DNA of 64,000 nt from Selaginella moellendorffii (taxonomy: Eukaryota > Plantae > Lycopodiophyta), in the NCBI RefSeq assembly GCF_000143415.4, contig NW_003314262.1:410078-474077 (forward strand). The letters run 5' to 3'. Position numbers and translations under genes: made by a program. Below, in pieces: positions 49,614 through 62,747 of the stretch (position 1 is its first letter; every line of letters begins with the position of its first letter). Below the pieces are notes generated by a model. It worked only from the letters and a program-made list of their open reading frames with translations, made no database searches and was not told where the DNA came from.

Positions 49614-50067
49614 CAATCTGAGATGGCATGTATTTATTTAAAAATGTAACTTATTATGGTATGGGGTTCCATGCCATTGTATTAATATTAAAAGACAATT
49701 CTTTGAGAGGATTTGCATTATACTAGAAGTGTTACAGCATGTTATTGGAAGTCTAAGAAGTTGTTTTATTAATAAAGGGAAAGTAAAGATTGAATGGGGA
49801 CTTGGGCTCCACCTAAACTCGGAGCAACTGAGCCAATATTAAAAGGATGGAAAGAAATTGGACGACGATGACAAGGAGAAGAGAGAGGTGAAGCAGTGGC
49901 AGGGGGAAGAGAAGTGATTGAGTAGACATTTCCTTGTTTAAAATAAAATGGCATGTGCCTCAATGCAGTTGAATTTTGTTATATTTATATACTATATAAA
50001 GGTTTGGAAACCTTATTTTACAAGTGGGATAATGACAATTCCCACTTTAACGAAATAGAGCTTGGTT

Positions 50068-50225
50068 GGTCCGGCCAATATTCTTGATCAAGGGTGGTGA
50101 AAACACGTCGGAAAACAACTAGGGAGTTGTTAGTTTAGTGGAATGGTTATCCCATGGACGAAGCTATATGGGAAATTGAGGATGACGTGAAGAGAGTGTT
50201 TCCAAGTTTTGGTTATGACTTGGAT
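50068..50225 (+). mobile_element. Chromodomain of the gypsy integrase (3' continuation of 34.5-37.6 kb)
   Basis: PANILDQ/VVKTRRKTTRELLV*WNGYPMDEAIWEIEDDVKRVFPSF has the typical chromovirus chromodomain pattern. Confidence 0.85.
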
Positions 50226-50789
50226 GACATTCCTGAGGAAGGGAAGAAAACCATGTATGCTACAAGTATGGATTTAGATACCTATATGCCAAATGCAAAT
50301 AACAAATCAAGAGAGTATGACATTAGGATGTTTTACACATTATAATTGAAGTCTCAAAACTCTTTTAGTATGATTTACGTCACTTCTACAGTTTCTTAGT
50401 GGTAATAATTATAAAGTTGGTCATCAAATTTTTTTTTGCTCCACAGTAAATTCATAAAGCTTTCATGATTGATGAAATTGTCCTAGTAAAAAAGATAATG
50501 TTCACTACTGCTTTACTAGTGGAACATACCATATATATTATTGAAGTGTTAGTTGAGGAGATGGTGTTCACAAGTGGAGCTGTGTTAGTGGAGGAGACAA
50601 CATTCACAAATGGAGTTCTTGATGATATGTTGGTTGAGGAAATGGTGTTCAAAAGGAGCTATTACCAATATGTTGGTTGAGGAGATAAAGTTAAAAATCT
50701 ATCAATAGTTTATACATTGGAAATATTTTTGAGAATAGTAAACATCCAAAAAGAAGACTCAATAGTTGATGAGCCTAAAGTGAGCTAAA

Positions 50790-53700
50790 TAGTGTTTTAG
50801 GTTAGTTAGTCATGCTTGAACTACTCACTATCCCTACCATACACTCTATAGCACTCTATAAGCCCCCTACGAACATGCTAGTCTTGATATTGGGATGCTA
50901 GAAGTTCTAGGATTGTTTCAATATTAATTCGTGCTTCTGTCCCTTCACTCTTTAGGTTGAATGCTTAGAAGTTGCTCCATATTCCAATACTTTCACTCTT
51001 TAGTTGCAAGCTTGGGAATTTAGCTTTGTACTTTTATTCAATGGCCCAAGGCCTTGAAACTTGGCTCCACTATCCTTGGACACATGGCATATGGCATGTC
51101 GTATGTGACACATGGCATATTGAGAGTTTAGGTTCCACTTCATGGTTATTTTATTGTAAATCACCATAGAATAAAAGGTGAAAACCACATGCACTATATT
51201 TAGTATCGAGTCTTAGCGAGTATTATTCAATGAGATTGAAAAGATGAAAACAAAGATTAGAGTGGGTACACATTTGGGTGATATGACTTTGTATTTATTC
51301 TTTATGTATGGATTTTGGTTACCTTTTTGTACCATATTATATGAGTTTACACTTGGGCTCATTCCATTTATATGAGTTTGCACTTGGGTTTGTGAGTGAG
51401 GCACATTAGCAACTTAAATTTACACTTTGAGTTGGCAAAACTAATGTTAGCCTATCAATAGTTACTATGAGTTGAATTATGTACCATAGGTGAAAATAAA
51501 CCTTCTATGGGTTTGCTAAGAGTGGCAAATAAGTTGGTCTGTAGCTATTTAGCACAACACTACTGGAACCTTCTTAAACATGATTATAAGTGGATCAATC
51601 AAGATTATAAGGATTAGTCTATTGGTTCAAGAAATTATTGCTATGCTCTCTTATAAAATTTTCTTAGATTGGGCTATAGGCAATGCTAACACAAGTTTGA
51701 AGTTTGGTCAAATATTGAGTCTGAAAAAAGAGTTATCAAGGATGAAGGATTAAACACGTAAATCAACTTTTCTTCTTTGAGAGATGATTTGCAACAAAAT
51801 GTGACTCATTGCTCATGTTCACATCATGCAATTGAGAGTTCTTATCTTGATACATATTAGTTATGATAGTTTTACAAGTAGTGAGTTATATGATAGATAA
51901 TAGTGAAGTGTTAAACCATTTTATCTAGACTTACTATTGAAGACTTAAATTACAATGCTCAATTCTTTTTTAGGGAACTTTGTTATTGCTCCTTGAGTAG
52001 CTTGGTGTTAGATTAATTTTGAGTTTGGTTGAAAAAAGAATGGCATGAACTTGTTTATATTGTGAACAACATTGGTGATGTTTTGTGTTATAAATCTCTA
52101 TCAATGGGGTGTGGCATTTATGTTGCATTTTATTAATTGAGTTGACACTTAATACTCATATAAATCTTTATAATAGTGATATGGGTGCTACTTGTGGAGT
52201 TATTCGATTGATGATCGTATCATTGTGATTTTATATCATATTCATATGATAGTGAGTAATGTGTTTACAAAATTGCTTGGTTAAATGATGATAAACCTCA
52301 AAGTGGTTAATGGTGATATTAATCTACTTGCAAAAAGTAATATTGAAATAGCTTTGACTTAATTCTCAATGGTGATCCATTTTATGCTAAGTTTAAGTTA
52401 ATACCTTGTTTCTTTGAGAGCTTACCCCTTAAGGTATTGGAAAAGGTTATAACATTTATTTGTTATATCTTTTTAGTTTATTCATTAGCACTTGGAGTAA
52501 ATTATTGGATTGAGAAAGTGTGTAGCCAAGACATTGACATTGCTAGCACTTGTGTTAGTGGAAGTGGGATTGTTATGTCAACTGATAAAGAAATTTTCTT
52601 AGAGTTTAATTTTCCATGTCATTTTTTTGTTAGTGTTTTGGCTTCACATTGAATCTTGAAAGTGATTGAAGAAAAGTGTTAGTGCAATATGGATACCTAA
52701 AGGTATATTCTTTGTGATCGAGTCTTGGGTATTCATTTGCATTTTACAAATGTTGATACTAAATATAGAAAAATATAAGCATGATATTCAATGTTTAAGC
52801 ATGTTGTTGGGTCATGAGAAATTATATTGAGGTGAATCTATATGATGTTGTAGGTAAGAGGAAGTTAATTGAGTTTTAAAAGTTTTTAATCCTAGACTGA
52901 GAGTCATTCTTTCTCTAGGATGAAGATTTTCCATAAATTTTCTTAAACTTTTCCAATGGTTGATCTGTTGATCATTTTGTCCAAAAACCATTTTATTTTC
53001 ATAAGCTAATATAAACTAGTGAAAGTTGGAGTTGACTTTGGTTGGCTTATACTTTAATATATAATTTGTATAATACAACCCAAAAGGGATGTTAATTTTT
53101 GGGGCTAAAGTAATTGAGTTGGATAGAGTTTAGAGTTAGTGTAGAAAAATGGCCATTGCACTTTTCTAGAAAGTTGACCCTTGTGCTTTTCTTTTGTAAC
53201 ATTATGCTAGGTGGCATGTTGCACTTTACATTTCGTTAGACTCTATGAGAGTAATGAGCTCTCATTGATCTAGACTTGATCTTAGTAGGCTTATGCCTTG
53301 GTTGAGGTTTGTGATATTTAACTCTGTTGTTTATAGTTGAGGTGTTAGTATCTATATTATAACTTTGTTTATGAGGAGGTTGTATACCAATATGAGTTCA
53401 TCTCATTCTCTTTACTTTAGTTACAATTGGGTGTTAATTATGTATAGTTAGCCTTTTCAAGGCATGGTCAAAGCTATTGGGTAGACATGTTATTGAGCTT
53501 ATTGTAGTTGAGTTAGATTTGAGTAGTCATTTAGTTTGTGTTTGTCCAAATTCCTATATTTTGTATTTAGGGTATTACCTTTTTGTTGGACAACTCAATA
53601 ATATGAGTTTTTTGTGAAGGCAAGTTGAAGAGTTATTGTTAGTTGCTCTATAATTAGTGATTACTTGTAGACTTTGTCAAGGATTGTTAACACGATGATG

Positions 53701-56700
53701 ATTTAGTAGTGATAGACTTGCTTTACTAGATGGTGTTGTGGAGGATTGTGTCATGGGCTTTTATAGTTTTTCTATGTTGGCATGTCAATTTTACCTTTAT
53801 CAATATTATTTAGTTGCGTTTAGTCTATGGTGTTAGATTACATTACATTTCAAATGTGGTGGTTCACTCTTTGATGATGTGTTAGTTATAGTTGAGTATG
53901 GTTGAAAGATTAATCTTAGATACTGAGTAAGGTATCTTTGACTTTGGTTAGTTGGGTTGCTAAAGAGCTTTGAGTAGTAATTCACTTTTACTTTCTTCTA
54001 ATTTTGTTTTGGTGTTGATAACATTGAAATGATATTCTATCATTAACATTATTGGTGTTGAGATTCAAGTGAAGTGAGATATCTCTCCGTATGATTGATT
54101 TTGAGTTTCATTAATTTTGATATAGATAGTGTTGATGATTTGATTGTAGCTTTATATTATTGGCATTTGTGCATTTATTAGTTAGCAACTATGTTAAAAT
54201 TCAAATGAACTGAATAATAAGTTGAGTTAGTTGTATTCTGGTCGAGATTATTTAGTAAGGGTTGAGTTTTTGTTTTTCCTTGAAAAGTGATTTAGTCATA
54301 AACTATGCTAGCTTTATGAAAAGAAGAGTTAATGATCGATATTGAAGTTGGTGGTTCTTTGTTGGTTTTAAGTTAAGGATATATTGATCATTAATAATTC
54401 TTTTTGTGTTTTTTATGAAATGAGTTACATCTTACTATAGAGATAAATTCATGGAGAATTATCTAATGATCACTTATTAAGCATAACTTTATTATGCTTA
54501 GCTTTTGGATTAATGCAAATATGCTCTTCATTAGCTTTGGCATTATGAAATTTAGCTTCTGGATGTGTTAAAGAGGTTATTGTAGGTTCTACTATAATCT
54601 CTTATTTTACATTGATATTAATTCATGTGAAATTCATGATCATTATTACACAAGACTTGGTTATAGGCTTCTTTGAATCTTTGGTTCTTTGAGTTTTATA
54701 TTCATTGTTCCATTTATTAGGAGTTGTTGAGGAAAACATTTTGGCTTATTAACATTGATTTTGAAGTTAGTATTTGTATCTGGCAATCATTAGTGATGAT
54801 TAACTATCATCTAGGATAGTTAATTATCCTTATAAAAAAGTTTGCTTGATTATTATTGATGTTGAATGATTTGCCATTATTTTGGATGGTAGATTATTTC
54901 TTTGACGATGAATATACATTTCTATATTGATAGGATGATTGATGATTTTCATGATAATTAATTGTTCTCTTTAATGGCTTGTGGTTTTTTGCATTACCAC
55001 ATGTTATTTGTGATTTACTCTGAATTGGTATCTTGGGTTTGAGATATTAGTAAGATGTTGTTGAAGCTTACTTGAGCACTCTAGTTCCTTAGTATTATTG
55101 AATGGGATCTATTTATATTGACTAATACAATTATTAGCATAAAGAAGTATTTGTTAGTTTTATAGCATTCATTCTATTCTATTGATTATTGTTACTATTG
55201 ATTTTGATAGATTGAATGTTATTTCCTTCAAGTGATACATCTATGAGTATTTGGCTTACTTATATATCAATAATACTTTGTGTTCTTTAGTTGCCTTTCA
55301 TAAGTTGTTTGGCATACTGTTTACAATCTTTGATAGTTAAGTTTTATTATTGAATGTTTTTTATGATACACTTGCTATTAAATTTTGTTGGATGGTGAAT
55401 CCTATATTTTCCAATTATGATGATTTTAGTGGTTCCTATAGTCTCATACTAGTTTATAGGATGATAACTTGTTTAAAATACTTTTGTATTCTACTCTAAG
55501 ATTAATTCACTAATAGTTTAGTTTCTAAGATATCATTGTTTATGACTTTGATATTGTCCATTTCTTGATCTTTGGGTTTGGATCAGTATAAGCAGATTGG
55601 CTTTGGCACTTTGCATGCATGATGAAATCTTTAGTCATAGGGTAGCTACTATCAACTAATCATATCACCCGCTTTTCTCTCAATATTCTTTATTTCATTT
55701 AAACATATAATGTGTAATCGTATAACTAATATCATCGAGTCTTAGTGTAACCATGACTATATAAACAACTTTAATTGCTTATTTATAATAGTCTATATAA
55801 ACCTTACCGATGGATTTAGTTTATTTGCTTAGGAGGGTTGGGGCCTCTAGCTTCTCTCTCTATACCACATATGAATAGGAGCATATCACACTTTTGTAAA
55901 CTGGGTGACACTCAAAACAGCAAGGGTGGCTAACTCTGTTAATCATTTCTTTGTTAATAATAGCCAAAAGGTGTTTGAGTTGTAGCACATTTGCATTAGA
56001 CAGAGAGGTTACCCTAATTCATTTAAGTTGGTGCATTTCTCACAAAGTATGAACACTGTGAACTTTTTCTGTTGTTTCCTTGGCAGTAGTCTAGACTAGA
56101 GTATGTATTGATAAGGATGTTAATCTTCCCTAAAGAGAGTGTTATAAATGTGATTGCAAGTATCGAAAGTTATCTGTCAGCTAGTCTTTTTGAATATTCT
56201 TTTCTTACTACCATGACAGTAGGAGATCAATATTGCTAAACCCTTTTTTAATCCCTTTTATACTTGGCCAAATAAGCATAAGGAAGGAATTCCTAAATGT
56301 CTATTTATTCAAACATATTTGGCTTGGCTTGTTAGTTCTCTTTTGCTCTATTTTACACTAGCTTGACAAGAACCTCTGCAATATTAAGATTGGTCCCTTA
56401 ATATTCATTAAATAATAGCTTACTGTGTGTGCTAAACATCTTTGCTATCATGCCTTTTGTGTTAGTCTCATTTGGTCCCAATAGCTATTTATAAAAAGTG
56501 TCTAGATTTACTAATTTGGCATATCTACAGAATATAGAGATTTTTCTGAACACAATAGTGTTGGTCCCGTGTTCAAATTTGCAATATAGTGTCATTCAAT
56601 ATTTAGTAAGTTTCAAATTTGCCCTAAAGACTAACTTTTGGTACTAAGGGTGGCTAAGGATGAAAGCCTAAAGTGTGCATGGGGGGCTATAAAGGGTTCT

Positions 56701-57230
56701 AAATGTATAGTAGGTATAGTGGGTAAACTTGGCATGGCTGACCAATCTGAAATATAAATTTAGCTCCCACTTGCATGTTTATCTTTGTTCTATGTCCGGC
56801 TTGGGTCTAAGCCCAAATTCCACATCATGTTAGTTGGTGAAGTACCTATGTCCTCACGTTAGGCTATCAGTATGCTAAAATTGCACTAAACTTTGTTTGG
56901 CTCTATTTTATATATTGGTCTTAGCATTGGAATGTTAGAATTTCTAGAACTATTTCAATATTACTCCATGCTCCTGTCCCTTCACTCCTTAAGCTGAATG
57001 CTTGGGAGTTGCTTCATATTTTAATATCTTCACTCCTTAGTTGCAAGCTTGGGAGTTTAGCTCTATACCTTTATTCAATGGCTCAAAGCCCTAAAACTCA
57101 GGTTTAGCTCCACTATCTTTAAACATGTGGCATATAACATATGGCATATAGAGGGTTTGGGTTCCACTTTATGATTATCCTATGATAAATCACCATAGAA
57201 TAAAGGGTGAAAGTCACATATACTACAAAC
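50790..57230 (+). mobile_element. Ancient LTR-bounded element with non-coding decayed interior
   Basis: Direct repeats ~50890-51197 and ~56927-57227. Degenerate PBS-like TAGTATCGAG after the first copy. AT-rich interior. Confidence 0.6.
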
Positions 57231-57619
57231 TTAGCACACACTTGTGTGCACATAACAAATCTTGAAAAACACATATAAGTGTATAATGTTTTTTGTAAAA
57301 ACTAAGGTAAGTGAGTTTTATATATTTTTTGTGAAAGTATTATACATTAATCTTTTGTAAAGTAGTGATTATACAAGACATATGAAAAACTAAATTTTTT
57401 TATAGAAAATAAGTCAAAAATAATTTATATTCATTTATAATGTTCAAGATTCATTTAGGGTTTAGCCACATATGGTCCTAAAACGGGCCATACCTTGTTA
57501 TAAGAGCCAGCCACTTTACTGGGCTAAAGTGGGAGCGAGTGGAATGACTGCCAAATCAAATAAGTATCAAGTTATAGAAATAGACATTAATTACCTGTCC
57601 AGTTTTTTTTTCTTTTAAA

Positions 57620-59400
57620 TTTTTCTTCCTTTTTTTTTCCTTTTCGCTTCTTTATAAGATTACTTTAGCCATGCAACCTTAGTTACTTTCTCTTTTTAAT
57701 TTTCTTCATGTTCCCTCTATTATGTTGTTATTTCTACTTGCTTCTCCATCTTTTTTCTTGTTGATTCAAGTCTTCTTTTTGCTGCTGCCTCTTGTTTCCT
57801 CTTAATAACCTCTTCCTTCTTCTTTTATTTGGCTTTTTTCTCTTTGATCTTCTCAGTTTTTTTGTACTCTTTAGCAGCTTAAAGAGTGCTTAGGATTTGA
57901 GTGTATGTCTCGCTGGTCAAAATTGATCCAATTGATGCTTGTACACACAGCACTTGGTTTAGGAAGTGGAACTTAGAATGGTGGCATAAGAAGGTTGGCA
58001 AGCAACTATGACACTCTTGCTTGTTCATCACCATTTGCAAGAAATGACACATTTGCCAATTAATCATTATTTGTTAGAGCTAATTATGCCAGCACTATTT
58101 GAGTTGGAACCCTAGTGTTTCTTGTGCAAACTCTTGATCTTATATAGTAGGAACTTCCTCTACTGCTATTTCTCTAGTCTTTTCTTTTTGCTAACATTGT
58201 GTTGTAATTGTAGAATTGCATTCACAACATCAAAGTCATCCAGTGTAGAATACTTAGACCAAAGTGAGAGTTCATTGCCTCCTTATTTAGTGGTCATATC
58301 CTTGTTGCTCTAAACCCAGCCTTGATGTTTTCAGCCATTGCTCAAGCCATTACCTGCTAGATAATGTTGCAAGATCCTTATTTGATGCTTGTGCTCCCAC
58401 TGTCCCACATATGAACTCATGATAGCTTGTTGAAAGTAAGTCTTGAATGGGCCAAAACAACTCACATCCAGTAGTTGTAGCTTGTGTGATGAGTGTGCTG
58501 GTAGGAGGATGATGTCAATCCCAAAATCTTTGGGCATGCAAGGAGCAATGAAAACCATGACTGTCAATGATGAGAGCATGCCTGTTTTCACTTGAGCAGC
58601 TACCAAGTATGTGTTTCACAAAGTGGTGAAGCCACTAAAACCACAAATCATTTAACATCCAGGCCTTTAGAGTAATTGCAAACATCGCTCCAGGTTCACA
58701 ACTAGATATCCAATTTTGCATGTGGCACTCCCCTTGGAAGATTTAGAAACTAGGTAATGATACTTTCTCTGCACTCACAATAGCTAGAATGGTGATGTGT
58801 TCAGTGTTACTTGGAACAATGCTGCATTCCATTTGTTGCCAAGACTTTGGCACGTCCATTTTGACTAGCATGAACACTAGTCTTGTTGGCATTCCAAATG
58901 TTGCTAGCTTTGTACTTGTTCACAAGGTATGTAGCTTCTGATTTTATAAGCATTGAACAATAGGTTGATACAGATTCTTAGCTTGTTGTAGTTCCAAAGC
59001 TTGAGCAGTCTTGAATTTTATGTCCAGATGCTTCCTCATGAATAGTCTACACCATTTACGACTAGAATTCTAGGTGATATCTCTTGTTGATACAATGCTT
59101 ACTACTGCATCTTTGAGCTCACTTTGTGTCATAGGGTAGCCAACTTCTACTCTAACTTTCAACACAACAAGGAGTGTCTCTTCTTCAGATGTAGAGAGCA
59201 TTGTTGATGGACCAGGTCTCATACCCTTCCTCTTCTCAGCCACCCCAGAACAAGGTATCCCAACGTCTATAGCAGCCTTCCTCTCTGATAGCTGACCACT
59301 GTTTACAGCTTCCATGGCTTCACAAAGCTGTTCATTAGTCCATGTTCATACATTTGTCACCTTTCTAGACTTCACTCTCTTTTGCTTCAGGACTATTGGT
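57620..59400 (-). pseudogene. pogo/Fot1-like (Tc1-mariner, DDE_1) transposase relic
   Basis: AMEAVNSGQLSERKAAIDVGIP (HTH), GPSTMLSTSEEETL...GYPMTQSELK (CENP-B-type HTH), IILLPAHSSHKLQLLDVSCFGPFK (DDE_1), Lys/Glu-rich tail. Confidence 0.85.
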
Positions 59401-60895
59401 CTACTCTCAATTTCAAGCTACTCCAGTTCTTCATGCTCAGATTGATCCTCATTGTTGGGAACATCTTGATCGTTGCAGCTAAGAGTGTGTACATGCTATA
59501 AGAAAAAGAAGTGTAAGCTCAATTGCTTTTAATTGTAATTTTGATAATACCTTGGCATTACAGGTACATTGAGTGGGAGCCTTTCTCTTTACTCCTTGCT
59601 TGGCACCATTGGTACTTTGTGGTAAGGTTTTTTTCTACATGATCAAATGAAAATAATAGAATGCTCAATTGTACCTCCTGGATCCTGGCTCTGAGACAAA
59701 CTGTCTAGTGACTTGTACTGTTGCTCTGGACAACTCTTCTAGTTGCATGTATAGTTGTAAGTAACACTATTTTTTTTACAGGGAATTCTTTTTATATCTT
59801 CCAACAATGACCATCCAGTATGGCAATATTTCTGGCTGTGGTGAATGCTCTCTAAGATGCTCTTTGAATTCTGAAGCCCTTTAGTACGCTGGCAGGTTGC
59901 AGTATGTTGCTGACCAATGCATGAACTGCTGTGCAAGTTGCTTTTCGATTTCATGCTTGGATACGCTCCTCTTCAAGTAAGCTCTGTAAAGCAAAGTAAA
60001 GAAAAATGACCTCTTTAAGCTTTTTTGTGATCTAAAAACGTTCTTAATTTTGATCAAAGAGCTAATCTTAGAAGACCAAAACTTTGCAAGGTTTTTTCCT
60101 ATGCTGGAAAGACCTCTAATGAAAAGCCTCTTTTAATAGCTCTTATCCATCCACTCTACTTTTAAGCTCTCTATGAAAATCAGGAATGCAATTGAAGAAT
60201 AACAATATAACAAGTTCCCTAACTCTAGATTTGAAGATTTTTAAGAATATAGATCAATAATAGCATCAATTAAACCATCACTAAGAAGAACTCTAGACAT
60301 ACAATTGGAAATGGAAAAAGAGTGGGCTACTTTGTAAAAATGCGGGAACTCTAATTAGGAGATAACTAGTCTATTGCTATCACACTAGAGAAATCTTGTA
60401 TAGAGCATCACCCCTCCAACCTTGAGTGCATTTATGCATCAGAGCAATCATGCCATACATCTTTTGTAAATTCTTGTTAAGGGCTTGCAATTCATGTACA
60501 ACATCATGGATACCAAACCTTAGCATCTCTATTAATCAACACTACCATCATCATTAGGATTCTAATTGGCCATTGCAACCAACTTTTTTTATACAAATTT
60601 TAAAAACAAGCACTAAACATTACACCTTCTCTTGATAAACTACTTCAAAAGTTACCACCACTACCCTTAAGATAGATTAAACCCTAAGTCGGCAGTGTTT
60701 CAGCCACAAGATTATTTTCTTGATAAAAGAAGCTAGTTATTAGATTATTAATTTTTTAGCATTCTTATTTTCTTGATGAAAGAAGATAGTTATTAGATTA
60801 TTAAGTATATCTTTTCAAAATGTTTCAATCATTTATTGAATGCTCACCAGCATTATTAGCTGGTATAAAGCTCAAAACTCTACTAGAAAGTTTAC

Positions 60896-61957
60896 TTAAT
60901 CGCAGAGCAGCGTCTCCCTTGTGGAATTGCTTGTGACAGGGTTGATCCTGTTGGTACTCACAACTTTAGTTTACAAAACAAACATTATAAAGAACTTAAC
61001 CCATCTGCTATTCTGCACAGATAACTCCGCTGGTCTTCTCTCCACAAGACATCCGTAAAATCTAAATGCAAATCACGGCTGTAAGAATCTCCCTGCCTGT
61101 AAGAATGTAACGTACCCGCTCCAGTTATGTTTGCACCCTTCAAAGAGGTGTTGCCTGTGACAAGAGCCCCTTCAAGGTTGGCGTTTGTGAAATTGGCCTA
61201 GAATAGAACTTACTCGTTTGTAAGCAAAAAACAGAATTGAAAAGAATTCTACCTTCGTCGCATCGGCCAAGGACAAGTCTGCTCCACGAAGATCTGCGTC
61301 AGAAAAATCGGCCCCTAGAAAAAGAGAGCAAAGGAAAAAAGTGTGAGGAGACGAAATCTTATACAAGTTTGCTCACCCGTAAGATTTGCATCGAAGAAGC
61401 TAGCTCCGAATAGTTTTGCTCCTTTGAAGTTGGCCTGGCGTAGAATCGACTGCAAAGTTTATCTCGATGCAGTTTTGGTAGCTCCAATGAAGCAAATGGA
61501 GAAGAGTTACCGTTTTGAAGTCTTGTTTAGTGAGATCCCGGCCACTAAAATCCTTTCCAGAGAGATCCTGCCCTCTCGTGACCTCGGAACCATACGGACC
61601 ACCGCCCTGTGTTTTCCCAAGCACACTGAGATCCACGATCAAGGAATGCGACCAAAAATCCTTAAAGATTTCCAGAAATTCTGACCATACCTTGAATGCG
61701 AGGGCTGGATCGACAGGAAAGAGCAAAGCGATGGCGGCTACAGCTGCCACACTCGCCCTAGCGGCTCGAAATCCCTGGCACTCAGCCTGGATTTCGCATT
61801 CTCGCATCCCTAGCACCGCATTCCTGAGATTTACCAGCTTGAATCGCTGCCCGTGATCGGCGCCGGAGGGAGACGCATTGATCGGCGCACGGAAGAATCG
61901 CTGGTGAAGAATCGCTCCACAGAGCGCTTCGACAGCGCAAGAACACGACGAAGCCAT
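60896..61957 (-). CDS. Thylakoid lumenal ~15 kDa pentapeptide-repeat protein, 7 exons
   Basis: Bipartite transit peptide ending PALA-FK; GGGPYGSEVTRGQDLSGKDFSG; A(D/N)LxG pentapeptides; YLCRIADG...NPVT..STRETLLCD*. Confidence 0.92.
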
Positions 61958-62016
61958 ATCCGCAAAGTAACGAGGGAGATTTAAAACTAGTATAATCACC
62001 CTTTCATTATCGCTAA

Positions 62017-62088
62017 GTCGTTGTAGTATAGTGGTGAGTATTTCCGCCTGTCACGCGGACGACCCGGGTTCGATCCCCGGCAATGGCG
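62017..62088 (+). tRNA. tRNA-Asp(GTC)
   Basis: GTCGTTG/CAATGGC acceptor stem, TCCGC-CTGTCAC-GCGGA anticodon arm, GGTTCGATCC B box, T6 terminator at ~62097. Confidence 0.95.
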
Positions 62089-62429
62089 ATACTCTATTTT
62101 TTCACATTTATTACCATTCCAGAAAGAAGCGCGAATATCAATGAGATGGAGCTGCGCATAGATTTCTAGGTTTTCCTCTCGCGGCGCTGCGACAAACCGA
62201 AGCGCATTTTGGAGGCGATCGATCGATCCAGCGCCGAATGCGCGTGCCGACCGAGGTCAGTGATTTCTTTCTTTCCCAAGAAAAGCGCGATCGATGCATT
62301 TGTTTCCCTCCGGATCATCGTCACATGCATCCTCCTGCCTGGAAATGCGTGATCACATTTCTTTCTGGTAGGGTTCTTTCCAGAGATTTCTAGTGTCGCT
62401 CCAGACAGCTCCTGGATTGATAATGACGG

Positions 62430-62450
62430 GAGAGAGAGAGAGAGAGAGAG
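62430..62450. repeat. (GA)n microsatellite upstream of the kinase
   Basis: GA run. Confidence 0.9.
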
Positions 62451-62747
62451 CGCTCTTTGTCTAGTTCCAGCACGATCCCATTGATTTTTTTTCTCTCATC
62501 CATTATCGTAGTTAATGGATGATGGAAGTTTTTTTCCCTGAGTGACAGCATTTGATTTACTCCTGCCTGTCGTCTCCCAAAATCCCCGTCTTCATTCATG
62601 TGGTGTCAAGGACTTTCTCTCCATTTCAAGTTGCTACATTGGATTCTCACGCAGTGTCTTCCAGGCAGGAGTGGATGAATGGCTCCAAAGTTTGGCGATC
62701 GCTAAGGCGGAGCTCCATCCCATCCCTCTTCTCTCGTCGCGAAGAAG

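Larger units (their letters stand above)
37617..50063. mobile_element. 12,447-bp TIR DNA transposon (Sola/DUF7869-like) with cargo gene
   Basis: Perfect 24-bp TIR AAGCTCTATTTCGTTAAAGTGGGA (37617-37640; reverse complement 50040-50063). 4-bp TSD GGTT (37613-37616, 50064-50067). Removing it restores the host frame KIDAKKV-GPANILDQ. Confidence 0.93.
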
